Below are positions 30,539-40,726 of a DNA stretch of 64,000 nucleotides, one piece after another. The position numbers were made by a program, and so were the translations under genes. This stretch comes from Candidatus Sulfomarinibacteraceae bacterium (GTDB lineage Bacteria > Acidobacteriota > Thermoanaerobaculia > Thermoanaerobaculales > Sulfomarinibacteraceae). Location: positions 32,001 through 96,000 of the forward strand of contig CAWCLO010000008.1 of the NCBI GenBank assembly GCA_963796455.1, in the 5' to 3' direction. How positions within the stretch are numbered: position 1 is the first letter of the stretch; every line of letters starts with the position of its first letter. The notes beneath the pieces were generated by a model, which saw nothing but the letters and a program-made list of their open reading frames with translations, made no database searches and was not told the DNA's origin.

Positions 30539-31897
30539 ATGAAATCCAAGAATCTCGTTTTGCTGGTTGCCGTCGTGATCGTGGTGTTCGCATACATCAT
30601 GTTGGTTGAGCGCCACCGTCCGACCACCGATGAGGTGACTCAGACCAAGGGGCGGGTCTTGCGTGGATTCGATCGAGATGCCGTCGTGGAGATCAACATT
30701 CAAGGTGAGGCGGGAGCGGTCCGGTTGGTCAAGAACGGTGACCTGTGGCAGCTTGTCGAACCGATCGACTATCCCGCCGATTCGTCGGTCGTGAGCTCCA
30801 CCTTGGGATCACTCGCCAACCTCGAGGCCGACCGACGCCTGACCCTTTCCGAGATCGATATCGCCGACTACGGCCTTGATGAACCGGTTGCCGAGGTCTC
30901 GATGCAAATGAGTGACGGAGCTGAGATCGTTCTCTCGGTGGGCGGTGAGATGCCTCTTGGAAGCAACCGTGCCTTGCGTCTTTCGGGTAGCGACGAGGTG
31001 CTGGTGGCGGCGGGTTGGTTTGTTTCCGACCTGGAAAGAACGACGGATGAATGGCGTTCTCGCGATGTGGTGGAAATCGGGCCGGAAGATGTGGCATCGA
31101 TCGAGATCTTCACCGACGACGACAGGATCCGGGCGGTGCGGATGGATGATCGTTGGCAGCTCGAGGAACCGCTTCAGGACGTTGCTGATCGTGAGCACCT
31201 TCGCAACCTCGTTTCCGAATTGAATTCGCTTCGTATCGAGGAGTTCCTCGACGACGATGTCGACCTCTCCGAACTCGGACTCGTTACCCCGGAGTATGAA
31301 ATCACCGTGGTTCGGGCCGATGGCGCCGGGCCCCTGCGCCTGCTTCTGGGTGCGACCCGCGATGGGGCCAACGGGCTCGAAGTGGCATGCCGGCGCGGCG
31401 ACGACCTCTATTTCTGGGCTGCCGACAGGGTCCGAACACGACTCGCCAAAGCGCCGGTCCTCTGGCGTTCAGCCGAGGTCGCGCCATTTGAGACCTGGGA
31501 GGCGACCGGGCTGCGGCTCGAGCGTGGTGAGGAGACGATCAATCTTTCGGGGGGTGATGTTCCCTGGCAGTTTGCCGACGGGGTCGAGGCCAATCTGACG
31601 GCAGTCCAGGATCGACTCACCAGATTGGCCGATCTCGAAGCGACGGACTTCGATCTGATGGCGCCCTTGACCGCCGAAATGGGCAAGGCCGAGATCGTCT
31701 TTGAGAGTGATGACGACACCGTCGCGGAAGAGGTTTTGACTTTCACGTTCTTCCACCCCCTGGCGGAGGGGGGGCGTGTGATGGTCCGGGTCAGCAACCG
31801 CTCCAACCTGATGGCGGTCGATGCTGCAGACGTTGACGCAATTCTCGGTGATCTCGCTCTGCTGCGGCCCATTCTCGACAGCGAAGTCGACGGGTAA
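30539..31897 (+). CDS. DUF4340 domain protein
   Basis: N-terminal anchor, repeated W-x-L-x-x-P..AD and YGL-x-x-P motifs; usual fourth gene of Gld-like ABC operons. Confidence 0.8.
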   Translation: MKSKNLVLLVAVVIVVFAYIMLVERHRPTTDEVTQTKGRVLRGFDRDAVVEINIQGEAGAVRLVKNGDLWQLVEPIDYPADSSVVSSTLGSLANLEADRRLTLSEIDIADYGLDEPVAEVSMQMSDGAEIVLSVGGEMPLGSNRALRLSGSDEVLVAAGWFVSDLERTTDEWRSRDVVEIGPEDVASIEIFTDDDRIRAVRMDDRWQLEEPLQDVADREHLRNLVSELNSLRIEEFLDDDVDLSELGLVTPEYEITVVRADGAGPLRLLLGATRDGANGLEVACRRGDDLYFWAADRVRTRLAKAPVLWRSAEVAPFETWEATGLRLERGEETINLSGGDVPWQFADGVEANLTAVQDRLTRLADLEATDFDLMAPLTAEMGKAEIVFESDDDTVAEEVLTFTFFHPLAEGGRVMVRVSNRSNLMAVDAADVDAILGDLALLRPILDSEVDG

Positions 31898-31915
31898 GGG
31901 ATACAATCGTCGGCC

Positions 31916-34204
31916 ATGGTTGATTGGCGGGAGCAATTCGAGGATCTGCGGCACAGGAGGCCCGGAATGGCCGGGCGTGTCTGTCGGAGGCTGTTGCGGG
32001 ATCTGCAAAAAAAAGGCCTTGTGGACCTCGTAGCTCTCGACGAGCTTGCGGCCGCACTCCGCCAGGGTGGAAACAAGGCCCACGATCCCAACCGGCCGAA
32101 ACCCCAACTCGACAACAATTCCCGGCAGGAGCTCTATGACCTCGCCCTCGAGTATGCCGAACGTCATCTCGAGCCCGAGGAGATCACCGCGACCATCCTG
32201 CTGGTCGAAAAAAGGACCCTCGTCCAGGATGGCGCACGGCTCGCCGAAGACCCCGACACTCCTTTCGAGGTCCTCCGCGACAAGATCCACGAGTTCCTCA
32301 ACTTCGCACCCGGCGAGGCGGTCGCGCCTCCCGAGGACGTCATCGGGACCCGCGCCGCGCTGGTTCGCCGTTTTCTCACCGATCAACTCGATTTCATCTC
32401 GGTGGCCAAGCGCTATATCCGGGTGCTCGACTTCGGAGAGGTCCTGGACCATATCCTCCCAACCGACGGGCGCTATGGCCGCCTCGGCGGCAAGGCGGCG
32501 GGTCTGATCCTGGCCAATTCGATCTTGCAGGAGGCCAGGCGGAAGGGCCGGCTCAAGGTCGACCACAAGATTCCGATCTCGTATTTCCTGCCGTCAAACG
32601 GCATCCTCGAGTTCATCGAGCACAACGAGCTCGACGAGGTCATCAACGTGAAATACAAGACCCCGGAGGAGGTGCGCGAGGAGTACCCCCTGGTGGAGCG
32701 TCTGTTCAAGAGCGGCTCCTTTCCGCCGACGATCCACAAGGGGCTCGAAGAGATGCTCTACCAGATCGGCGAAGTGCCGCTGGTGGTGCGCTCGTCGAGT
32801 CTGCTCGAAGACCGCATCGGACACGCCTTTTCGGGTAAGTACAAGAGTCTCTTCATACCCAACCGGGGCCCTCTGGAGATGCGACTAGCGGCGCTGGAGG
32901 ATGCGATCGCCGAGGTCTATGCCTCGATCTTTCACCCGGATCCCATCGAGTATCGGCGCGAACGTGGATTGATCGACTTCCAGGAGCAGATGGGGGTGCT
33001 CATCCAGCAGGTTGTCGGACGTGAGATCGGCGACCTGCTGTGTCCGGTCTTTGCGGGCGTCGCCTTTTCGCGCTGTGAGATGAGGTGGTCGCCGCGGATT
33101 CGCCACACCGATGGAATGGCGCGCCTGGTCCTCGGTCTCGGAACCCGCGCCGTGGATCGAACCGTCACGGACTATCCGGTGCTGGTGGCCCTCGAGCAAC
33201 CGATGTTGCGGGCGGTTCAGCAGCCGGACGAGGTCTATCGCTACTCGCAGCATGACGTTGATGTTGTCGATCTGCGCGAGTCGCAGTTCGAGTCCATGCC
33301 GCTGGCGGATTTCATGCGTCGGGTCGGCCGCAAACTGCCGAATATGAACCGTGTGTTTTCGCTCTATCGTGACCGGCAGATACTGCCGATGGTCGGTCTG
33401 ATGGCACAGATGCAGCCCGACGAGTTGGTGGTCACCTTCGACGGTTTACTGCGTTCGAGTTTTCCGAGGGATCTCAAGCTGATGCTCGATCTCCTCGAGG
33501 AGGGGCTCGGCGAAGGAGTCGATGTTGAATTCGCCCACGACGGCGAGACGCTCTTCATGCTCCAGTGCCGGGCCCTCAGTCGAGGCAACGCCGCCCAACA
33601 TGTGGAGATACCGGTTGTTGCGGCTGATCAGAAGATCTTCTCTGCCGATCGCTACGTCCAGATGGGTCAGGCCAGGGATGTGGAATACGTCGTGCTGGTT
33701 GATCCGAGAGATTACGAAACACTCGAAACCAGGGAACAGATGCTCCGTGTCGCGCGCGCGGTCGGCGCAGTCAACAAGGTTTTGCCGGAGAAAAAATTCA
33801 TTTTGATGGGGCCGGGGCGATGGGGGAGTCGGGGCGACATTCGACTCGGGGTTCCGGTGACCTACGCCGACATCTGTCACACCTCAGTACTGGTCGAGAT
33901 CGCGCGGCAGAAGGGCTCCTATCTTCCGGATGTCAGCTTTGGCACTCACTTCTTCAATGACCTCGTGGAGTCCGGGATCCAATACCTCCCGCTCTACCCC
34001 GACGACGAGGGCGTGTTGTGGAACGACGACTTCCTCATGGCCTCAAAGAACTGCCTGGCCGAGGTTGTCCCCGAATACGCCGACATGGAGGGTGTGGTGC
34101 GGGTGATCCGGGTTGCCGACGCGGCCGACGGCATGGTGCTGCAGTTGATCATGGACGCCGAGGCGGACAATGCCCTGGCCTTCCTCGCTGCAAGCCCGGA
34201 CTAG
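31916..34204 (+). CDS. PEP/pyruvate-binding (PPDK_N ATP-grasp) domain protein
   Basis: LGGKAAGL, VRSSSLLED..FSGKY, GLGTRAV, GPGRWGS, SFGTHFF motifs. Confidence 0.85.
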   Translation: MVDWREQFEDLRHRRPGMAGRVCRRLLRDLQKKGLVDLVALDELAAALRQGGNKAHDPNRPKPQLDNNSRQELYDLALEYAERHLEPEEITATILLVEKRTLVQDGARLAEDPDTPFEVLRDKIHEFLNFAPGEAVAPPEDVIGTRAALVRRFLTDQLDFISVAKRYIRVLDFGEVLDHILPTDGRYGRLGGKAAGLILANSILQEARRKGRLKVDHKIPISYFLPSNGILEFIEHNELDEVINVKYKTPEEVREEYPLVERLFKSGSFPPTIHKGLEEMLYQIGEVPLVVRSSSLLEDRIGHAFSGKYKSLFIPNRGPLEMRLAALEDAIAEVYASIFHPDPIEYRRERGLIDFQEQMGVLIQQVVGREIGDLLCPVFAGVAFSRCEMRWSPRIRHTDGMARLVLGLGTRAVDRTVTDYPVLVALEQPMLRAVQQPDEVYRYSQHDVDVVDLRESQFESMPLADFMRRVGRKLPNMNRVFSLYRDRQILPMVGLMAQMQPDELVVTFDGLLRSSFPRDLKLMLDLLEEGLGEGVDVEFAHDGETLFMLQCRALSRGNAAQHVEIPVVAADQKIFSADRYVQMGQARDVEYVVLVDPRDYETLETREQMLRVARAVGAVNKVLPEKKFILMGPGRWGSRGDIRLGVPVTYADICHTSVLVEIARQKGSYLPDVSFGTHFFNDLVESGIQYLPLYPDDEGVLWNDDFLMASKNCLAEVVPEYADMEGVVRVIRVADAADGMVLQLIMDAEADNALAFLAASPD

Positions 34205-34264
34205 CTAAAAATCAGGAATGCCGCGCGTGCCTTCCGGTTGAGAGTGAGCATGCGATATCTTCGG

Positions 34265-34306
34265 CGAACTCCGAACTCCGAACTCCGAACTCCGAACTCC
34301 GAACTT
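34265..34306. repeat. Heptamer array (CGAACTC)5 plus one degenerate unit
   Basis: Read directly, between convergent genes. Confidence 0.95.
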
Positions 34307-34312
34307 GAAAAT

Positions 34313-35584
34313 CTACGCTTCACGCACCCAGCGAATGAGATCCTTGATCTTCGGTTTCGAGCCGTGCATCAGAATTCCGACCCGGTAGATCTTGGCCACC
34401 ACCCACGTACAGGCAAGAATTGCGGCCAGCATCAGAACCACCGAGGCCGCAATCTGGATCGGAGGAACCGGCGACAGGGTCATCCGCAGGAACATGAGGA
34501 TGGGTGTGAAGAAGGGGACGAGCGAGAGCGCCACCGATGCCGGGCTATTCGGTTGGTTGATGACGAGCCACATCAACATCAGCGGGATGATCAGGGGGAG
34601 AATGACCACGAACTGGAAGTTCTGGGCTTCCTGTTCGGTGTCGAATGCCGCCCCGATCCCCGCGTACAGGGTGCCGTAGAGAAGAAAGCCGAGCACGAAG
34701 TAGACGACGAAAAAGATCAGGAGTTGAGCGGGTAATTCGGGCAGGTTGATATTTCCCATGCCGGCCGCCGAAGCCATGCCGGGCGCTGAAATCGCCGCCA
34801 TCGCGATCGACCACAGCAGGAATTGGGTGAGACCCACCGCTCCGATGCCGAGGATCTTGCCGAGCATGAGCTCGAAGGGTTTGACGGTGGAGATCACCAC
34901 CTCGACGACGTGCGAGCTCTTCTCCTCGAGGACCCCGCGCATGACATACATGCCGTACATCAATACCGTCATGTAAATGATCATCACGAAGACGTAGGCC
35001 AACAGAAAGGTCTGGCCGTCGTCCCGGGTTTCTTCGCCACCCTTGCCCAGTTTGAGTTTTCTGAGGCCGACGCGGCGGGTGAGCTCACTCACCGCCTCCG
35101 GATCGAGGCCGGCGCCGGTGAGGCGATCGGCCACCATCACGTTGTTGACCGATCGTTCGAGCACTTCGATCAGTCTGAAGGCAGCCACGTTTGGCGCCAC
35201 ATACTCCGGACGGCCTTCATCCGGAAGGGTCGCCGGCAATACGAGCATACCGTCATAATCGTCTTTGCCGATCTGTGACTTGACCAGTTCCCTTGACGCT
35301 TCGACGTCGGCGCCGGCTTCAACTTCGACCAAAGTGATGCCGAGGGGTTCGTCCTCGCCCGACAGGAATCGTTGCACCTCGGCCTCGACGGGATCGAAAA
35401 AGCGTCCCGAGAGATCGAGAACGGCAATGGAGAATTCGCCTGCGCCCCGCGTCGCGAGCCACGCGGGAATGATCATCAGGGCGGCCATGACGGCGGGCAC
35501 GATCAGTGTCGCGATCCAGAAGGCCTTGGTTCGAATCCGTTCGAGATACTCGCGGCGGATGACGGCGAAAATGCGGTCAATCAT
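34313..35584 (-). CDS. ABC-2 permease (NatB/YhaP-like)
   Basis: RREYLERIRTKAF, VLEEKSSHVVEV, GKILG, KIYRVGILMHG. Confidence 0.9.
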   Translation of the reverse strand: MIDRIFAVIRREYLERIRTKAFWIATLIVPAVMAALMIIPAWLATRGAGEFSIAVLDLSGRFFDPVEAEVQRFLSGEDEPLGITLVEVEAGADVEASRELVKSQIGKDDYDGMLVLPATLPDEGRPEYVAPNVAAFRLIEVLERSVNNVMVADRLTGAGLDPEAVSELTRRVGLRKLKLGKGGEETRDDGQTFLLAYVFVMIIYMTVLMYGMYVMRGVLEEKSSHVVEVVISTVKPFELMLGKILGIGAVGLTQFLLWSIAMAAISAPGMASAAGMGNINLPELPAQLLIFFVVYFVLGFLLYGTLYAGIGAAFDTEQEAQNFQFVVILPLIIPLMLMWLVINQPNSPASVALSLVPFFTPILMFLRMTLSPVPPIQIAASVVLMLAAILACTWVVAKIYRVGILMHGSKPKIKDLIRWVREA

Positions 35585-36488
35585 GGATTCGGTCCTCCTC
35601 CACGGCGCGGATGAAGATATTTTCGAGATCGGGGATGAAGCGGGTGAAAGATTCGACCTCACCGTGGTCGACGAGCGCCCGCAGGAGATCCCTGGGTTCG
35701 TGCCCATCGCCGAGCTCGACCAACACCTCGTCGCCGAGCGGTTTGACCGCGACCACCCCGGGCAGCCGCGCGAGCTCGGTATTCGCGAGCACCGATTTCA
35801 CCCGCCAGGTATTGCCTCCATAGTCGGCACGAATACCGTCGAGATCGCCATAGAGAATCGGCCGGGCGCGGTTGATCAGACAGATGTCGGAGCACAGCTC
35901 GTCAGCCTGTGGCAGGACGTGGGTTGATAAAACGATGGTCACGCCCTCTTCGGCCATCTGCAGCATCAGGTTTTTGAGTTCGCGGGTGTTGATGGGATCG
36001 AGCCCGGAGAACGGCTCGTCGAGAATCAGGAGCGGCGGCCGGTGGAGGATGGTGCCGATGAACTGGATCTTCTGTTGCATCCCCTTCGAGAGATCTTCGA
36101 CCTTGTGGGTCGCCCACTCGCCGAGTGAGAATCGGTCGAGCCAGGCCAGGGAACGTTTGCGGGCCTCACGGGGCCGCAAACCGCGGATGGTCCCGAGATA
36201 CACCAGGTGCTCGATGACCTTCATCTTTTTGTACAGACCGCGCTCTTCGGGGAGATAACCGATGATCCGCCGCGTGTCGTCGTCCACCGGCTGTCCGTCG
36301 AGTAAAACCGTGCCCGAGTCCGAGGCAATGATCCGCATCACCATCCGGATGGTGGTGGTCTTGCCGGCCCCATTCGGTCCCAATAGTCCAAAGACCGATC
36401 CCCGCGGGACCGACAAACTGAGATTGTCGACCGCCACGTGATCGCCATAACGTTTGCAGAGATTCTGCAGATCGAGAATCGATTCCAC
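35577..36488 (-). CDS. ABC transporter ATPase (YhaQ-like)
   Basis: GPNGAGKTT, GYLPEERGLY, LSKGMQQK, LDEPFSGLDP. Confidence 0.92.
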   Translation of the reverse strand: MESILDLQNLCKRYGDHVAVDNLSLSVPRGSVFGLLGPNGAGKTTTIRMVMRIIASDSGTVLLDGQPVDDDTRRIIGYLPEERGLYKKMKVIEHLVYLGTIRGLRPREARKRSLAWLDRFSLGEWATHKVEDLSKGMQQKIQFIGTILHRPPLLILDEPFSGLDPINTRELKNLMLQMAEEGVTIVLSTHVLPQADELCSDICLINRARPILYGDLDGIRADYGGNTWRVKSVLANTELARLPGVVAVKPLGDEVLVELGDGHEPRDLLRALVDHGEVESFTRFIPDLENIFIRAVEEDRIHD

Positions 36489-36605
36489 GGTTCCCCCTTG
36501 GCTGGACACCGAAGAATACTACGCGCCATCCAGGTGCGTGTTCCATTTCTTGCTTTTCCGCCGTCCATGTCGAGGCCACCGATCGAGGAAAATGCAGCCG
36601 GCGTC

Positions 36606-36634
36606 TTGAATCCAGAAGCACCCTGTGGCACAAT
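36606..36634 (+). promoter_or_regulatory. Candidate sigma70 promoter of tRNA-Arg
   Basis: TTGAAT-17 bp-CACAAT with TGn extension. Confidence 0.45.
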
Positions 36635-36649
36635 ACGCATCCCTTGGCT

Positions 36650-36727
36650 GCGCCGATAGCTCAATTGGATAGAGCATCTGGCTACGGACCAGAAGGTTAG
36701 GGGTTCGAGTCCCTTCTCGGCGCGCCA
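36650..36727 (+). tRNA. tRNA-Arg(ACG), CCA encoded
   Basis: GCGCCGA/TCGGCGC acceptor, TCTGG-CTACGGA-CCAGA anticodon arm, TTCGAGT T-loop; one extra base at about 36716. Confidence 0.93.
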
Positions 36728-36919
36728 CTTCTTTTTCAATCTGCGATTGAAGAAGAAGTGTCACGGTGTAGCCCTTAGGGCGAAGCCGGACGCCCCTCCC
36801 CACCCTCTCAACCCCGGGACCGTTTTGAAAGCCTCGTCCCTATGGCGCGATGTGGAGGACCAGGAATATCGCTCGTGAGATATCATGAGGATCACGAGAT
36901 AGCTGGAAAGGTGGCCGCC

Positions 36920-37469
36920 ATGCAATGTCCGCGATGCCAGTGTCGAATTCGGAACGAAAACCCTTGGTGAACTCGAGATCGAGGAGTGCCCTCACGATGC
37001 AGCGGCAGCCTGGCTCGAGGAAGAAGAGCTCCGCAAGGCGAAAGACGAGGCGGATCCCGATCTGGTGTGGATGGATTTCGAGATCTGGAAACACTCGGAT
37101 CGATTCAAGGTGACCATGAAACCGCTCAGCTGTCCGAGGTGTGAGATCGAGATGGCCGCGGTCGAATACGATACGACCGAGATCGAGATCGACTACTGCA
37201 TCCGCTGCCAGGGGGTGTGGCTCGACGCCGGGGAACTGGAAAAGATCGTGGAGTCCCTCGAAGAAGAGCTGGTCAACAAAGATCTTCCGGAATACATCGC
37301 TGCCAGTCTTCGCGAGGCCAAACAGGTCCTTGCAGGGCCCGAGACCCTGCTCTCGGAGTGGAAGGACTTTCGCACCGTCCTGCGCATGCTCGAATACCGG
37401 GTATTGGCAAAGAACCCGACCGTTGCCCGGGCCCTCGCGGCCATTCAAATCGGCGATCCGTTTCGATAG
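36920..37469 (+). CDS. Tandem zf-TFIIB-like zinc-ribbon protein, with indels in the 5' part
   Basis: MQCPRC start, frame change at about 36938, then CPRC..IDYCIRCQGVWLDAGEL. Confidence 0.75.
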
Positions 37470-37518
37470 CGGCGAACGAGAGCCCGAACCCGGTGAAGAT
37501 CGAGTGGCCGAAATGCCG

Positions 37519-38457
37519 TCAATCGATCAGCTTGCCGTGTCCTTCGACGTCGGTGTAGACGTGCAGAGCGTCGTCCCACTTCTTCACATCGACTGTCCAT
37601 CCTCCGGGAAAGTACAGCGATCCGCCCACCGAGACCTTCATGAAGAAACCTGTTGTCATGCCGACAAAAAAGCGCTGGTAACCGGATTGTTCGCTCCAGA
37701 TCGAGGTGCGGCCGGAAATTCCCGCGGCTGTGTCGAGCCAGGTCACCGGCAGACCCATGGGGTCGTCGACCGCCTGCACCATGGCCACACTGGTTGGGAG
37801 AACGGCCGCAAGTCCATATGAAAGACCGGATATGGGCTCTCTCACCCGTGCGTCGACCGACCGAACCCCTTTCGATCCGATGGCCGATTTTGAGTGCAGG
37901 GTCATCTCGAAATTTCCCTTGTAGGCGATCGTTGCATTGCCACCCCCGTAGACCGCGTTCAACCGGTCAACCGCCTCCGTGTTCCCAGTGACCCACATCA
38001 GGATGAGGTAGCGATGATCTTCTGGGTCGGTGAGGCTGACCGCGGTCGTGCCGAGATAAAACGAATCTCCTGGGCCGCAGGTCGCCTCGGGGTCGATCTC
38101 CGGGAGATAGCCCAGCCCCGGGTATTGTTCGCGGCAGGAAAAATCCCAGAAAACCTGAACCTTGGCCCGTCTCGCGTCCATGTAATGCAGATTGACCGAG
38201 GCCCAACCGGCCTGCTTCAGCATGGCATCGAGCTGTTGTTTATCGACCCACAGGGAATACATCAATTGGGTTGACCGGAAACGTATGACGTCGGGAGGTC
38301 GGAGCAAAGCGGTTGTTGGGAAGCGATTGGTGATCGAACTATAGGTCGGCAGAGGATCACGATCCGCTGCAGGGGCGGGCGCCCCGGCAGCTCCACAGAC
38401 CAGGATGGTTGTGGTGAGCAGGGCTGTCGACACTCTCGAACAATGACACGAGGTCAT
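37519..38457 (-). CDS. Secreted hypothetical protein
   Basis: GGAGGT RBS before the ATG at 38457; signal-peptide-like N-terminus; no recognised domain. Confidence 0.6.
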   Translation of the reverse strand: MTSCHCSRVSTALLTTTILVCGAAGAPAPAADRDPLPTYSSITNRFPTTALLRPPDVIRFRSTQLMYSLWVDKQQLDAMLKQAGWASVNLHYMDARRAKVQVFWDFSCREQYPGLGYLPEIDPEATCGPGDSFYLGTTAVSLTDPEDHRYLILMWVTGNTEAVDRLNAVYGGGNATIAYKGNFEMTLHSKSAIGSKGVRSVDARVREPISGLSYGLAAVLPTSVAMVQAVDDPMGLPVTWLDTAAGISGRTSIWSEQSGYQRFFVGMTTGFFMKVSVGGSLYFPGGWTVDVKKWDDALHVYTDVEGHGKLID

Positions 38458-38793
38458 ACGCCACCTCCAATCGAAGGCGACATCACCTCGACGATCGTCC
38501 GGACCACATCGGTTGAGACGTGCCGCCAAGTTGCGTGAGCTGGGCGTAACCCGACCTCCGGCCCGCCGGCCGACAGCTACATCGGGAACGAACAGCCCTT
38601 CATGAGTTTTTCTTCGGATACTCTGATGAAGAATGTGGTTCCGTTTCGAGCTCGTCGCAACAACCGTATGCAAGTATCGAAAAACACTCATTCCCCCAAA
38701 TGAGGTGTTCACCGAAGGTGGTGTTCTAGGGTTGCCATCTACGCGGCCGTCGCGAATCGGGTTCGACGGTCTACCGGGTCGGTTCGTGATCCC

Positions 38794-39705
38794 TCAACGG
38801 GATTGGCCGGCACCCTGGCACAAAGCAGGCAGAGGCCAGGCGCCCTTGAAACCCGCGTTCCTGAGTTTTGTGGCCGACCATTTTGCGGTCTTCTTGTCGT
38901 TGATGGGCCCGACGCGGATCTTGTAAAACGGCAGGTCGCTCTCGTCGCGCACGGTGATGACCGCCTGGTGGTAGGAGGGAAAGCCGATCTCGTCGAGTTG
39001 ACCGCTGATCTCCTCGATCACGTCCTGATCGGTCACTCGCATCACCTCCACCCACCATTCGACGCATTCCGACCGGGCCGCCTGTTCTTCGGTGAGGTCG
39101 GTCTCCGCTGGATCCTCCTTCTCGAGGATACCGACCCGGTTGTTCACGAAATCGGCCATCACCGTGGTGGCCTCGCCTGCCTCGACGTCGACCCTGGTGC
39201 TGAGAACCACTCCATATCTTTCGAAAAAGATCTTATGGTTCCCGACCGGGACCTCGCGGATGGTTTTGGTCGGTTTGTCCTTCAGCATCCGTTCACCGGC
39301 GAACTGGACGAGACAGTTCTCGGGCTCCGAGGTCACCACGATTCGGCCCACTGCCTGGGTGACCCCAGCGGCAGCCTCCGTGTCCCCCGACGGATCCTCT
39401 TCGATGCGGACCTCGGCTCGAATCGGACCGGCAACCACTGAAAAGTCTCGTGGCGGGTGGCCCGCCTTTTCGGCCCGGATGGTGTGGATCCCGGCATCGA
39501 GCCCGGCAAGCAGGAGGCCTTCTTCTTCCTCGGTGGTGACGCCGGCGAATTCGCCATCGACAAAGATCCTGAACCCGGGGGGGCCGCTCACGACCACATC
39601 GCCGGTGGCCGCCTGAGCGGCTGCTCCAAGGTACAGAATGAGAGAGAGAACGTAGATAACCCGCATCCGACCATGCCTCCCTGAGAGCTTCAAAGGATCT
39701 CGCAT
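38794..39705 (-). CDS. PEGA-like repeats plus C-terminal SPOR domain protein
   Basis: IFVDGEFAGVT..GIHTIRAEKAG; VTSEP; YKIRVGP..KLRNAGFKGAW. Alternative start at 39666. Confidence 0.75.
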   Translation of the reverse strand: MRDPLKLSGRHGRMRVIYVLSLILYLGAAAQAATGDVVVSGPPGFRIFVDGEFAGVTTEEEEGLLLAGLDAGIHTIRAEKAGHPPRDFSVVAGPIRAEVRIEEDPSGDTEAAAGVTQAVGRIVVTSEPENCLVQFAGERMLKDKPTKTIREVPVGNHKIFFERYGVVLSTRVDVEAGEATTVMADFVNNRVGILEKEDPAETDLTEEQAARSECVEWWVEVMRVTDQDVIEEISGQLDEIGFPSYHQAVITVRDESDLPFYKIRVGPINDKKTAKWSATKLRNAGFKGAWPLPALCQGAGQSR

Positions 39706-39756
39706 CCGCTTGATATTAGCCTGTCCGTAGGAGATCGGCCCGCATGTCTCGACGCG

Positions 39757-40560
39757 TCAACGCAACATCCGCGCGATGATTTCTTTGAGAAATTTGGCCG
39801 CGGTCAGGGCAGTGATGTCGTTGTTGTCGCGGTCGGGATTGAGCTCGACGATGTCGGCGCCGACCGGGGCACAGGGCAGCGATTGGATGATGTCGATGAC
39901 CTCTCTGCTCGACAATCCTCCCGGTTCCGGGTGGGACAACCCGGGTGCAAAGGCCGGATCGAGAACATCGAGATCGATGGAAAGATAGAGCGGTGCCTGG
40001 AGCGAAGCGACGGCCTCCCGCCAGTCCGCCCCGGCCGCGATGGTCTCGACCCCGAAGCGCTCCGCTTGTTTGATCTGATGAGGGTTCGGCCCGCGAATCC
40101 CCACCGAAACCAGGCGGGTCGCCAATTCCTCCTCCATGATGCGTGCAAAGGGGCAGGCGTGAGAGGTTTTGCTGTCTTTGAACTCGTCGTAGAGGTCGGG
40201 GTGAGCGTCAAGGTGGAGGATGGTCAGACCGAGGTGCATGGCGGCGTGGGCGCGGACCAGGGGCCAGGTGATGGAGTGGTCCCCACCCAGCGCCAGAATC
40301 TGGTTCCCGACCGCCATCAAACCACCCATCCGGCTCTCGATCTCTTTGAAAGTGGGTTGATCATCGGTAGATCCTACGTCGCCTCGATCACGCCACCGAT
40401 CGTCCATCCCGAGATCGAGACCGTCTTCGGCACAGAGATTGGTCGATTCACAAAGAAGCGCGTCGCGAATTTTCTCGGGAGCTTTCGAGGCACCTCGGAG
40501 ATAGGACGAGTTGAGATCGAGCGGCACCCCGAGGACGGCGATTGATCGATCTTCTGGCAT
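39757..40560 (-). CDS. speB: Agmatinase/arginase family ureohydrolase
   Basis: LGGDHS, HLDAHPD, SHACPF, SIDLDVLDPAFAPG, DIVELNP. Confidence 0.88.
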   Translation of the reverse strand: MPEDRSIAVLGVPLDLNSSYLRGASKAPEKIRDALLCESTNLCAEDGLDLGMDDRWRDRGDVGSTDDQPTFKEIESRMGGLMAVGNQILALGGDHSITWPLVRAHAAMHLGLTILHLDAHPDLYDEFKDSKTSHACPFARIMEEELATRLVSVGIRGPNPHQIKQAERFGVETIAAGADWREAVASLQAPLYLSIDLDVLDPAFAPGLSHPEPGGLSSREVIDIIQSLPCAPVGADIVELNPDRDNNDITALTAAKFLKEIIARMLR

Positions 40561-40726
40561 GAACTCCATTGTATCGAGGTGGCGAGGGCTCGGCCATGGT
40601 GATTCGTCACATCGTGCGGATTTCGCGGCGAAGGAATGCCATCGCCGACCATATTGAGACAAGATATCTTTTCTGCGATACAATGCGGCCGCGGATTCAG
40701 GGTGAACAATAGATTGAGGAGTCGGA

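Noticed and set aside
37440..37521. Selenocysteine or read-through at the TGA ending the 38457 gene
   Set aside because: The downstream open frame runs antisense into the convergent gene; no redox motif or convincing SECIS hairpin.
36727..38790. Genomic island or prophage integrated at tRNA-Arg or the tRNA(CAT)
   Set aside because: No integrase, no duplicated tRNA 3' end and no phage genes seen.
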